Part shown: positions 8,971 to 17,761 of the stretch, one piece after another
How the letters are laid out: each line of letters opens with the position of its first letter
How positions within the stretch are numbered: the stretch's first letter is position 1
Program-made: the position numbers and the translations under genes
Virus record (IMG/VR): IMGVR_UViG_3300032236_002285
Location: 124,001-188,000 of that record
Reading direction: 5' to 3' (one strand)
DNA: 64,000 nt
The notes under the pieces: generated by a model
What the model was told of the DNA's origin: nothing
The model's database searches: none
What the model saw: only the letters and a program-made list of their open reading frames with translations

Positions 8971-9042
8971 GGTCGGGTGACCGAGTGTTTTAGGTGGAGG
9001 CCTGCAAAGCCTTTAACGGTGGTTAGAATCCATCCCCGACCT
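8971..9042 (+). tRNA. tRNA-Cys (GCA), CCA not encoded
   Basis: Acceptor GGTCGGG/CCCGACC, D stem ACC/GGT, anticodon stem GAGGC/GCCTT with loop CTGCAAA (GCA at 9004-9006), T stem GGTGG/CCATC, discriminator U73 as expected for Cys. Confidence 0.92.
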
Positions 9043-9056
9043 CTAATTTTATATTA

Positions 9057-9650
9057 ATGGCAAATTCATATCGTTTAGGTACGGTTCATACCAACTATTT
9101 ATCAAATGATGAACTAAAAACTGAGTTCAGAGATTACAAGTTAAAAGTTATTAATGGTGACGTAAAGTTTACACCATCTGAAAGGTTCATAGAGAAATAT
9201 AAAGAAACTTTGTATTTCATTTCAGATAAATTTCCTAATGATATTATCAGTGGCTCACTAGCATTGAATTTATTTGGTCTTATTAATCGAGACACAAATG
9301 ATATTGATATCATAATTGATGATAAAGATAGATATCCTAAATATCATAAAGACCATTATGATGATGAATTCTCTTCAGTAAACAGATTGGGTTTTATTGC
9401 GTTCAAATATAAAAGAGGTATTTTTACTTCTGAGAAAAAATATAATGTGGATTTCTTCCATAATACTTATGGTGCTTCTTTTATTACATTTAATTTCAAT
9501 GGTAAGGAACTTAAACTTCACAATCCTTTAGAGGTTATGGATTATAAGTTAAATATGGCTATTGATCCAAAAATTAGTAGAACTACTTCTTTTAAACACA
9601 ATGAAGATTTGACAAGAATTTTTGGTCAAATGTCTTGGCAATTAATGTAA
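9057..9650 (+). CDS. Pol-beta-superfamily nucleotidyltransferase
   Basis: IISGSLAL...RDTNDIDIII (hG[GS]...DxD) and later VDFF; N-terminal RDYKLKVI helix. Confidence 0.7.
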   Translation: MANSYRLGTVHTNYLSNDELKTEFRDYKLKVINGDVKFTPSERFIEKYKETLYFISDKFPNDIISGSLALNLFGLINRDTNDIDIIIDDKDRYPKYHKDHYDDEFSSVNRLGFIAFKYKRGIFTSEKKYNVDFFHNTYGASFITFNFNGKELKLHNPLEVMDYKLNMAIDPKISRTTSFKHNEDLTRIFGQMSWQLM

Positions 9651-9657
9651 ATTTTAG

Positions 9658-9665
9658 TATCTTTG
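9658..9665 (+). promoter_or_regulatory. Bacteroidota-type -7 element TATCTTTG
   Basis: Exact TAnnTTTG, ATG 4 nt downstream. Confidence 0.6.
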
Positions 9666-9669
9666 TGTT

Positions 9670-10305
9670 ATGGCAAAGTACCTCAGTTATCGTTATATTT
9701 TTCCTCCACGTCCAAAAAACGCAATTCCAGACTCTGAATTATCTTTCTGGGATAATGGATCTTTGATTGCTCAACCAAAATTAAATGGTTCAAATTGTGT
9801 TATCTTTACAAATGGCGAAAAAACTATTGTAATGAACCGTCATAATCAAAGACTTACTAACTTTAATCTATCTGATAATGAAATCAAAGATATTTATCAT
9901 GGTGAAGGCTGGATGATTTTGAACGGAGAGTATATGAATAAGTCTAAGTCTGATGAAAATAGCCAAGTATTCAATCACAAGTTTGTTATTTTTGACATTC
10001 TTAGTTATAACGGTGAATATCTTGTAGGTAAAACATTTGAAGAAAGAATTAAATTACTTGATAGTCTTTATGGTCAAGTAGATTCTGAAAAAGAATATCT
10101 ATTCAAAGTAACAGAAAATGTTTATCGTGTTAAATCTTATGAAGTTGATTTCAAAAATATTTTTGATAAATTAACTCCGATTGATATGATTGAAGGCTTG
10201 GTGATGAAGCGTAAGAATGCTCGTCTTGAATTAGGTACTTCTGAAAATAATAATACTAAAAGTCAGTTGAAATGCCGCAAAGCAACCAAAAACTATAAAT
10301 ATTAA
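9670..10305 (+). CDS. ATP-dependent ligase adenylation domain, probably RNA ligase
   Basis: Motif I QPKLNGSN, III ILNGEY, IIIa FVIFDIL, IV EGLVMK, V LKCRK; ends without an OB domain. Confidence 0.8.
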   Translation: MAKYLSYRYIFPPRPKNAIPDSELSFWDNGSLIAQPKLNGSNCVIFTNGEKTIVMNRHNQRLTNFNLSDNEIKDIYHGEGWMILNGEYMNKSKSDENSQVFNHKFVIFDILSYNGEYLVGKTFEERIKLLDSLYGQVDSEKEYLFKVTENVYRVKSYEVDFKNIFDKLTPIDMIEGLVMKRKNARLELGTSENNNTKSQLKCRKATKNYKY

Positions 10306-10308
10306 TTT

Positions 10309-10536
10309 ATGCCAAGTAACTGGAATCATTTTTGTCCTTATTGTTTAACAACGACAAAACAAAATATTAAATGTGGTACTTGTGGTCAAGAGACTATGAC
10401 TATATCAAAACAAGCCAGAGTTCCTAAAAAAGGAGCTAGTAAAAAAGAGTGGAAATTACTTTTTGATACATTTCCCTATATTTTGGCTAATGCTCCTAGA
10501 ACAAAATCTTTAGTTGATTTGGGGTTTCAAAAGTAA
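10309..10536 (+). CDS. small zinc-finger protein
   Basis: CPYC...CGTC. Confidence 0.65.
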   Translation: MPSNWNHFCPYCLTTTKQNIKCGTCGQETMTISKQARVPKKGASKKEWKLLFDTFPYILANAPRTKSLVDLGFQK

Positions 10537-10576
10537 TTCTATTAATTTAATATATAAGAAAAACAATCAAGATAAC

Positions 10577-11146
10577 GTGGATAAATTCTCAAAATTAAAG
10601 CCAAAAGACGAATTTGCAGAAGGTAAAGAAAAAGTTCTTTACAAAGATAATCACTTTCAAATTGTTAAATTTGAAGATTGGTCAATCTTAAAAGAAAGAG
10701 ATGCGGTTTGTTGCATTCCTTATTTGATTGAAACAAATCAAATAGTTTTGAGATATGAATATGTTCCTACTTTCAAATATGCTGATGGTCAAGAATATCA
10801 TGTTACTTTAGTATGTGGTGGTATAGAACAAGGTGAGTCTGTTGAGAAAGCCTTGAGAAGAGAACTTGAAGAAGAAGCTGGTATTGTTATAAGAGACGAT
10901 TTTCAATTTGAAGAAGAAATGAAGCCACTTTTTATCAATAAGGCTACTGCTAATAAATATTATCCATTCCTTATTCCCTTGAATGAAAGAGATTATCACG
11001 AGGTAGTTGCTAAAGGTGATGGATCTAAAGAAGAAGAACTAAGTAAGTCTGTAAAAGTTGATGTTAAATATATCAACTCACTTAATCCATCTGATTTAAT
11101 AACAGATTATATGCTAATGAAACTTAAAGAATATCTTAAACCATAA
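10577..11146 (+). CDS. Nudix hydrolase (ADP-ribose pyrophosphatase-like)
   Basis: GGIEQGESVEKALRRELEEEAGI; likely GTG start 10577, downstream of AATATATA 10549-10556. Confidence 0.88.
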   Translation: MDKFSKLKPKDEFAEGKEKVLYKDNHFQIVKFEDWSILKERDAVCCIPYLIETNQIVLRYEYVPTFKYADGQEYHVTLVCGGIEQGESVEKALRRELEEEAGIVIRDDFQFEEEMKPLFINKATANKYYPFLIPLNERDYHEVVAKGDGSKEEELSKSVKVDVKYINSLNPSDLITDYMLMKLKEYLKP

Positions 11147-11152
11147 AAAACT

Positions 11153-11178
11153 AAAAACCCACTCTAAAGTGGGTTTTT
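11153..11178. terminator. bidirectional intrinsic terminator
   Basis: AAAAACCCAC-TCTAAA-GTGGGTTTTT between convergent genes. Confidence 0.85.
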
Positions 11179-12512
11179 TATTTTAAGTATCTTTCTAAGT
11201 CAGATTTTATTTCACTATTAAGTAATTTTGAATCTACATCACCATAGTCTGAAAAGTTTGGTTGCATTTCATAGGTAAAATATTGTTCACCACACCAGTC
11301 CTTGAATATATCAAATAAACTATTATCCTTTAGTCTATCTGCATCTTCGTTATCTATCCAGTCATTGCTATAAGGGATAGTATAAAATGTATCAAGTTCT
11401 TGATACTCTTTTCTTGTTTGATTTCCATCAGCATCTTTAGTTGTATAGTATTTAGTGACTTCTCTTTTTTCTTTTGTATATGTAAATTCCTTTTCAACTA
11501 TCTCATCAAACTCATTTAGAATTTCTTGGTAGTTAGCATCAACATGAGCATTCATTTCCCAATCTCCAATAGTTTGTTTAACCTCTTGACAGATTTCAGA
11601 ATTTTTACATAGTTTTTTTAATGTATCATAATATCTTTCTTTTAGTAAATAGTTAATAACTTCTTCTTCTGATTTACCTTCCAAGTTTTCATTTTCTGAT
11701 TCTGATATAAAATTTTCTAAACCACCAACTTCTTTAATCATAGCTTTGACTAATAGAATTCCATTTTCTTTATCTAATGTATATTGAAACATTGATGATG
11801 TATCTGGTTGATAATCAGAACCATAGTAATTATCATACATATTTTCTTCTCCGTTTACTAAAATATCTTTATAACTTGACTTTCTTGATAACATAATATC
11901 AGACATGTCTTCTAGATTAACTTCAACATAAACTTTACCTTCTTTGATAATAGCATCTGACCAGTTGTAATATTTTACAAGTTCTTCTTCAGTGAATTCA
12001 AATGTATCTTTTGATTTAGCAAAAATAGCAATATAATCATTTGCTTCTAATAATTCAGGCTCACTGGAATTCCAGTTATCTGTAAAAAATAAACCACCTT
12101 TAATTTCTACACCATCTATATCGCCAATATTACCATCCGCGTCGTGTATTGATACTTCAGCATTTGCTTCTTCTGCTATAATTGAACAAGCAAATTGAAA
12201 TGTAGAAGTAACATCATCGTTTTTAATTTTTTGTCCTTTATGAATGCTAATCCAGTAAGAAGGTATAACTTTATCACCAGCTTTTACTTTATCAGTAAAA
12301 ACATCTTTTTCACTTTCTACCCATTCTCCATTTTTATAAGCACCTCGTTTAACTTTTTCTGAAAATCCAAATTCTACTGAAACAAAATATCCAGCATCTG
12401 TTATTTCTAACATATAGTCGGTGATATCTTCTTCGGTTAGTTTCCAAAGAGTTTTCTCTTCTATTTGCTCTTTAATAGATTCTTTAATAAAGTCTAGATA
12501 CTTTTTAATCAT
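11178..12512 (-). CDS. acidic hypothetical protein with MIKKYLDFIKE N-terminus
   Basis: 444-aa ORF; TATATATA 4 nt upstream. Confidence 0.8.
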   Translation of the reverse strand: MIKKYLDFIKESIKEQIEEKTLWKLTEEDITDYMLEITDAGYFVSVEFGFSEKVKRGAYKNGEWVESEKDVFTDKVKAGDKVIPSYWISIHKGQKIKNDDVTSTFQFACSIIAEEANAEVSIHDADGNIGDIDGVEIKGGLFFTDNWNSSEPELLEANDYIAIFAKSKDTFEFTEEELVKYYNWSDAIIKEGKVYVEVNLEDMSDIMLSRKSSYKDILVNGEENMYDNYYGSDYQPDTSSMFQYTLDKENGILLVKAMIKEVGGLENFISESENENLEGKSEEEVINYLLKERYYDTLKKLCKNSEICQEVKQTIGDWEMNAHVDANYQEILNEFDEIVEKEFTYTKEKREVTKYYTTKDADGNQTRKEYQELDTFYTIPYSNDWIDNEDADRLKDNSLFDIFKDWCGEQYFTYEMQPNFSDYGDVDSKLLNSEIKSDLERYLK

Positions 12513-12523
12513 AGTCTATATAT

Positions 12524-12556
12524 AAAAAAAGAGAGACTATTTTGTCTCTCTTTTTT
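12524..12556 (-). terminator. intrinsic terminator
   Basis: A7-GAGAGAC-TATTTT-GTCTCTC-T6. Confidence 0.85.
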
Positions 12557-12576
12557 AACTGTTCGCTTATTTAATT

Positions 12577-13524
12577 TTAGATTTTACTTAGTAATTCTGC
12601 TTTCTTTTCAGAAAACTCTTCATCTGTTAAGATACCTGCTGAATGTAAATCGCCTAATTTTTTGATTAGTTCAATTACTTCATCAGATTCTTGTTTAAGT
12701 ATGTCTTTAAGACCTATTTTTTTCACATCTTTAACTTCTGCTGGCTTTCTACTTTCAGGTAAAATTTGGATAATAGTAGAAGCAATATAATGCTTTTCAA
12801 AGTCTATATCAACTTCAGTGAATTTTTGATTAGAAGCTTCACCTTTTTCTACTCTACCTGTTTCAACGGAATTGATAGGGGTCATATTACTTGATAGAGA
12901 ACCATATGTTTTTGATAAATCAACATCAGAAGTGTAACTACAATTTACAGCATTGTTACTTGAGTAATAAGCATTTGTTGTAGTTGTAGAGCCTATAATA
13001 CCTGATCCGTTTGTTGTTAAGCAACCACTATAAGTTGGAGTTGTTGTTCCAAACCAAACACTAGGTCTGTAGTAAGGATAAGACGGATAGGTTGGGTAAT
13101 AAACCGGGTACCACTTTTCAACAATGATTTTATCAAATTTTGACTTCCAGTTATCTAAAGTAATAACATCTTCTTTATAGAAGAAAACTTCTAAAAGACC
13201 ATTGTTCTGAGTAGCATCTAATGCTTCTCCAGAGTTTTCAATTTCGTAAGTTGAAAATTTGAATTTTTTTCTATCGTCAATAAAGCAGTCAAGATAAACC
13301 CTTTGTCCTGGTTTTACTACTAATCCTGTTTTTGAGATTGATTGACCGTTTAATTTAATATCAGCGAGTACTGAAACGGTTAGTGGGTTAAATAATTCGA
13401 TTTCGAATTCGTCTCCATCAGTTAAGAAGACTTTCCCATTTTTAATTGATTTTCTCCCTCTGTCGTTAGGAGATACAATCCAAGCATTTGGCTTGGAATT
13501 GCTACTTGCAATTGTTTTTGCCAT
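12577..13524 (-). CDS. hypothetical protein with C-terminal SHOCT domain
   Basis: C-term LIKKLGDLHSAGILTDEEFSEKKAELLSKI is a SHOCT pattern. Confidence 0.75.
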   Translation of the reverse strand: MAKTIASSNSKPNAWIVSPNDRGRKSIKNGKVFLTDGDEFEIELFNPLTVSVLADIKLNGQSISKTGLVVKPGQRVYLDCFIDDRKKFKFSTYEIENSGEALDATQNNGLLEVFFYKEDVITLDNWKSKFDKIIVEKWYPVYYPTYPSYPYYRPSVWFGTTTPTYSGCLTTNGSGIIGSTTTTNAYYSSNNAVNCSYTSDVDLSKTYGSLSSNMTPINSVETGRVEKGEASNQKFTEVDIDFEKHYIASTIIQILPESRKPAEVKDVKKIGLKDILKQESDEVIELIKKLGDLHSAGILTDEEFSEKKAELLSKI

Positions 13525-13637
13525 AGTTATTCATTTTTATTTTATCCTATATCTTTGATTCATTTCTAAATCTCAAAGGCATCCTGATGATACCCGACAT
13601 AAGTGTAGCGAACAGCTAAATTATATATTGAAAAACT

Positions 13638-14171
13638 TTATGCTTGTTGTAAATTTGTTCCACAATTTGGACAAAACTTATAATTATTGTTGACTGAACC
13701 ACAATTATAACAATATTTAACATTACTAGCAGTTGGTGAAATGGTAATATTTTCTGTTTTTTCCATATAGATAAAATTTGTATTTGGATATACTTTATCT
13801 CTTTTACCTTGTATAGTAATTTCTGGATTGTAGTCTATTCTATACACCCATGGACTTTTTATCCATCTTGTAAAAATATTTGTTTTTTGGTCTATTTCAT
13901 TTCTATCATTACCATTTATATAAACTATTATTTTAGAGGCGTTTGTCTTTTCTATCAAACCACCACTACCTGTTAAAATATTGTATAATGTACCCATTGT
14001 TGAAAATACTTCAGAGTTGTCAGGTGTGCCACTTACTAAATTAAACTCTAAAGTCCATAAACCAGATCCACGAGTAGTCTCAACCAATCGTATTGAGTAT
14101 TTAGTTCCGTTATCAGATGTAAAAATTATTACATTTGACCATAAAAGAGATTTATCTATTGTATAAGACAT
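13638..14171 (-). CDS. hypothetical protein with C-terminal double zinc ribbon
   Basis: YCYNCG...FCPNCGTNL. Confidence 0.75.
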   Translation of the reverse strand: MSYTIDKSLLWSNVIIFTSDNGTKYSIRLVETTRGSGLWTLEFNLVSGTPDNSEVFSTMGTLYNILTGSGGLIEKTNASKIIVYINGNDRNEIDQKTNIFTRWIKSPWVYRIDYNPEITIQGKRDKVYPNTNFIYMEKTENITISPTASNVKYCYNCGSVNNNYKFCPNCGTNLQQA

Positions 14172-14198
14172 AAATTATATATTAAAAAATCAACTCCA

Positions 14199-14230
14199 TT
14201 TGTTTTTTACTAATAAATGTTGTATATTTG
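14199..14230 (+). promoter_or_regulatory. Bacteroidota-type sigma70 promoter
   Basis: TTTG 14199-14202, 20-nt spacer, TATATTTG 14223-14230. Confidence 0.75.
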
Positions 14231-14254
14231 TATATAATTAATAATTTAGATAAA

Positions 14255-15481
14255 GTGGATATAAAAGAAAATATAATTTTAGAAACCTTCCTAAGACTTA
14301 CTAGTCGTACATATCCTCATGGTAGTGAGGATGTGTTGGTAGAATCCATGATTGAACAAGGTATTTTTCCAGTAGATTTACAAAAAGATATACACGGTAA
14401 CTATTTCTATAAAATAGGTGAGTCAAGAACTATATTTGCTTCACACTTAGATACCGTTAGTAAAGAAGAAACTGAGGTTGTTCATACATTTGATGGTGAT
14501 ATTATTGGTACTGATGGTAAGACTACCTTAGGTGCTGATGATAAGGCGGGAGTTACCGTTATGTTACATTTAATGAAGAATGGTATTCCAGGTCTTTATT
14601 ACTTTTTTATTGGTGAAGAAGTTGGTTGTATTGGTTCTGGTTTAGCTTCTTCAATGTCTATTCAAGACTTCAAAGGTAAATATGATAGAATTATTTCTTT
14701 TGATAGAAGGGATGTTGATTCTGTTATTACTTATCAATCATCAACAAGATGTTGTTCTGATGCTTTTGCTGATGCTTTGGCAAAACAATTAAATTATTCC
14801 GGATTAAAATATAGAAAAGATGAAGGTGGTGTTTATACAGACTCTGCTGAATTTACTTCTATTATACCAGAGTGTACTAACTTATCTGTAGGTTATTACA
14901 AAGAGCATACTTTTAACGAGACTCAAGATATTAAACACCTTGAAAGATTAGCTAATGCTTGTTTATCAGTTGATTGGGAAAATCTTCCAACTGAAAGAGA
15001 CATGACTAAAAAAGAATATCGCTCTTATGGTTCATATAACTATGGTGGTTATAAAAACTATTCTAATTATGCAACACCTGCTACCAAATCTAATGATTGG
15101 AGAAGAAGAGATTATGGATATCACGATGATTGGTATGACCAAAGCACAAGTAGTTGGGTTACAGATGATGATGCACCAATAGATAATAGTGTAGATGATA
15201 TTGACTGGGAAATTGAGTATGGTAAATACAAAAAAACACGCAGAAAAAATAAAGGTAAAACTTATTTTGATAACGGATCTGGTGGTTTAGTTCCATTCAA
15301 AGAAGCAAAATATCCTAACTATCTTGGTGATAAAAATTATTATGATGGTTTGATTGATAAAATTGTCAAAGATGATTTAACAAGAGAAGATTTAGAAATT
15401 GTTAAAGATCAATATTTAGATATGACTAAAGAAAATGATAGAATGTTTTACCAATATCTTTTAGGAAATATTATCGACTAA
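14255..15481 (+). CDS. M20/M28 family metallopeptidase with low-complexity Y/D-rich tail
   Basis: ASHLDTV, LGADDKAG, GEEVG, SFDRR, YTDSA, NLSVGYY..H; probable GTG start 14255. Confidence 0.85.
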   Translation: MDIKENIILETFLRLTSRTYPHGSEDVLVESMIEQGIFPVDLQKDIHGNYFYKIGESRTIFASHLDTVSKEETEVVHTFDGDIIGTDGKTTLGADDKAGVTVMLHLMKNGIPGLYYFFIGEEVGCIGSGLASSMSIQDFKGKYDRIISFDRRDVDSVITYQSSTRCCSDAFADALAKQLNYSGLKYRKDEGGVYTDSAEFTSIIPECTNLSVGYYKEHTFNETQDIKHLERLANACLSVDWENLPTERDMTKKEYRSYGSYNYGGYKNYSNYATPATKSNDWRRRDYGYHDDWYDQSTSSWVTDDDAPIDNSVDDIDWEIEYGKYKKTRRKNKGKTYFDNGSGGLVPFKEAKYPNYLGDKNYYDGLIDKIVKDDLTREDLEIVKDQYLDMTKENDRMFYQYLLGNIID

Positions 15482-15683
15482 AATCAATAATATCAGAAGA
15501 TTTAATAATTTCATCAGGAGCATTTTTTATTTCAGAATTTGGAACATTATGGCTAACTTTGTAAGAAACTTTAGATATTTTCTCAACAATTTTAACAGGA
15601 GTAATCATGTCATTGTACCAGTATTCTATAAGAACGATGTCACCTTCTTTATAAAACGATTTAAATTCTAATAAAAACTTCAT
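15471..15683 (-). CDS. small SH3/KOW-like protein
   Basis: GDIVLIEY...VKIVEK...YKV; divergent from a shared TATATATA. Confidence 0.5.
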   Translation of the reverse strand: MKFLLEFKSFYKEGDIVLIEYWYNDMITPVKIVEKISKVSYKVSHNVPNSEIKNAPDEIIKSSDIIDFSR

Positions 15684-15698
15684 AAAGTATATATAAAA

Positions 15699-16652
15699 AT
15701 GTCATTACTTATTTTTGATAAAGAAATGCTTGAGTTTCTGAATCTTGCTCAAAGAGATTCAATTATTGCTGCCTTGCTTTTACAAGGTAATTCATCACAT
15801 ATTAATGATGAAGGTAATTATATTAAAAGAGTTGATGATGAAATAGATGCTGTTTCATTTTTGCCTAAATCTAAGTATGAAAAAGTTGAGGATCCTTGGA
15901 ATCAAGGTCGTGTTAAAATAAAAGTAGGTAGATTTCTTAGAAAATTCCTAACTAGCTTTTCAATTAAAAACTGGACTATAAGTGACGCTATGATTGAAAG
16001 ATTTGTTAATCTTTACAAGTCTTACTTTTCAAGAGATATTTCTAAATTAAAGATTGTTGAGGGTAATGATATTCCTAAGTATTACTTAGAAGAAAATTAT
16101 CACACTTTTAATGGTAATACTGCTGGATCTCTTTGGAATTCTTGTATGAGACAAAGAGAAAGAAATAAGTTTATGAAACTTTATGCCATCAATCCAGAAA
16201 AAGTTAAAATGTTAATTTTCTTTTCTGATGATAATAAAGTAAGAGCAAGAGCACTTCTTTGGCAAGATGTTAAAGATCATAAGGATTCTATCAAAAGTTA
16301 TAAGTTCATGGATAGAATTTATTATGTATATGACCATGATATTAACTTCTTCAAAGATTGGGCTAAAGAAAATGGATATCTTTGTAAATGGGAGCAAAGT
16401 GCTAAAACTGAAATGTATTTTGATGATGGTAGTGGAAAATCAGTTACAAAAGATTTATATGTTGAGTTAGACTCTAATGGTTTACTTTACTTTCCTTACT
16501 TAGATACATTTAAGTTCTTTAATGATGGAAAAGGTAGATTTTCAAATTCACAATCATATAATTTTGACTATATTTTAGTTCAAAGTAATGGTGCTGTTGA
16601 AAGAGAACAAGAGCCTGAACAGGAATGGGATGAATCATATGATGAAGATTAA
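15699..16652 (+). CDS. conserved phage protein (SCM / RALLW / DRIY / PYLDT family), paralogue of 45745-47154
   Basis: LWNSCM, RARALLW, FMDRIY, FPYLDT shared with the 471-aa ORF. Confidence 0.75.
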   Translation: MSLLIFDKEMLEFLNLAQRDSIIAALLLQGNSSHINDEGNYIKRVDDEIDAVSFLPKSKYEKVEDPWNQGRVKIKVGRFLRKFLTSFSIKNWTISDAMIERFVNLYKSYFSRDISKLKIVEGNDIPKYYLEENYHTFNGNTAGSLWNSCMRQRERNKFMKLYAINPEKVKMLIFFSDDNKVRARALLWQDVKDHKDSIKSYKFMDRIYYVYDHDINFFKDWAKENGYLCKWEQSAKTEMYFDDGSGKSVTKDLYVELDSNGLLYFPYLDTFKFFNDGKGRFSNSQSYNFDYILVQSNGAVEREQEPEQEWDESYDED

Positions 16653-16678
16653 AAAAACCCACCTATTGGTGGGTTTTT
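16653..16678. terminator. bidirectional intrinsic terminator
   Basis: AAAAACCCACC-TATT-GGTGGGTTTTT. Confidence 0.88.
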
Positions 16679-16681
16679 ATT

Positions 16682-17437
16682 TTATATCTCTTTTTGTTCT
16701 GAACGATATTTATCGTACCTGTTTGCTATTTCAACCAAGAATTTATTTCTAACAATATCCTCATTGTTAAATTCAAACAAACATAGTTCATTCATACCAT
16801 CAACCATTTTAATAAAGTCATTATAACCTGAATCTCTCTTTTTAACATCATATTGTGATGTGTCTCCCATCATAACAGCTTTTGAATCTTGACCTAAACG
16901 AGTTACCCATAACATTAATTGTTTAATTGAAGCGTTCTGACACTCATCAAGAAGCATAATACAATTATCATAAGTAGAACCCCTCATATAAGCAAGTGGT
17001 TCAAACATTATCTCCTCAGTTGAAAATAAAAATTCAACCGTAGCTTTTCCCAATATTTTACAGAATGTTGTATAATATGATTGACGATATGGATCAATCT
17101 TTTCATTAACACTACCAGGAAGCGCTCCTAAGTTTTCACCTGATTCTTGAATTGGTTTGGTAATAATTATTTTTTCTATCTTTTTATCAGCTAAAAGAGC
17201 TAAAGCGGTGTAACAAGTTGTGTAGGTTTTTGATGTTCCAGCTGGTCCGTGGACTACGGTTAGTGTGTTGTTTCTAATTCCTTTGTAAAGTTCGTTTTGT
17301 TTATCACTTAGACGAACATTTGATTTTTGAAATTCCTCTTTAGTTAAAGAGTTCTTTTTTCTAAGGTTTTTCTTGTACTCAAATTCTTGAATTCCTTCTT
17401 GAACTTGGCTTCTTAATTCGCTTTTTTGCTTACTCAT
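16682..17437 (-). CDS. phoH: PhoH family protein
   Basis: GPAGTSKT, ITKP, GENLGALPG, PLAYMRG, LDECQN, GDTSQYD, DIVRN. Confidence 0.92.
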   Translation of the reverse strand: MSKQKSELRSQVQEGIQEFEYKKNLRKKNSLTKEEFQKSNVRLSDKQNELYKGIRNNTLTVVHGPAGTSKTYTTCYTALALLADKKIEKIIITKPIQESGENLGALPGSVNEKIDPYRQSYYTTFCKILGKATVEFLFSTEEIMFEPLAYMRGSTYDNCIMLLDECQNASIKQLMLWVTRLGQDSKAVMMGDTSQYDVKKRDSGYNDFIKMVDGMNELCLFEFNNEDIVRNKFLVEIANRYDKYRSEQKEI

Positions 17438-17542
17438 TTAGAAGATTATTTTCTCTTATATATTGATATTTTTTACCGACCCTTTTCTATTTATAAGAGA
17501 TACTAAAATTTAATATATAAGTCAAACATTACTCTAAAGGAA

Positions 17543-17758
17543 GTGAAAAAGGAGGATGACTTAATTTATGACCTGATTTTCTCAGAAAAAGAAAAATTCA
17601 AAATAGACATATCTGAATATATTGCGGATATATATACCTATGAAGAGTTTATAGAGAAAATAAAAAAGATTTTAAAAAAATCAAAGGTCACTATTGTAAG
17701 TAGCAGTACTTTAATGAGTAGTAAAACCGTAGTTTGGGAGTTAAAAGTTAAAAAATAA
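17543..17758 (+). CDS. hypothetical protein
   Basis: 71-aa ORF (GTG) after AATATATA 17512-17519, heads the structural operon. Confidence 0.6.
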   Translation: MKKEDDLIYDLIFSEKEKFKIDISEYIADIYTYEEFIEKIKKILKKSKVTIVSSSTLMSSKTVVWELKVKK

Positions 17759-17761
17759 AAT

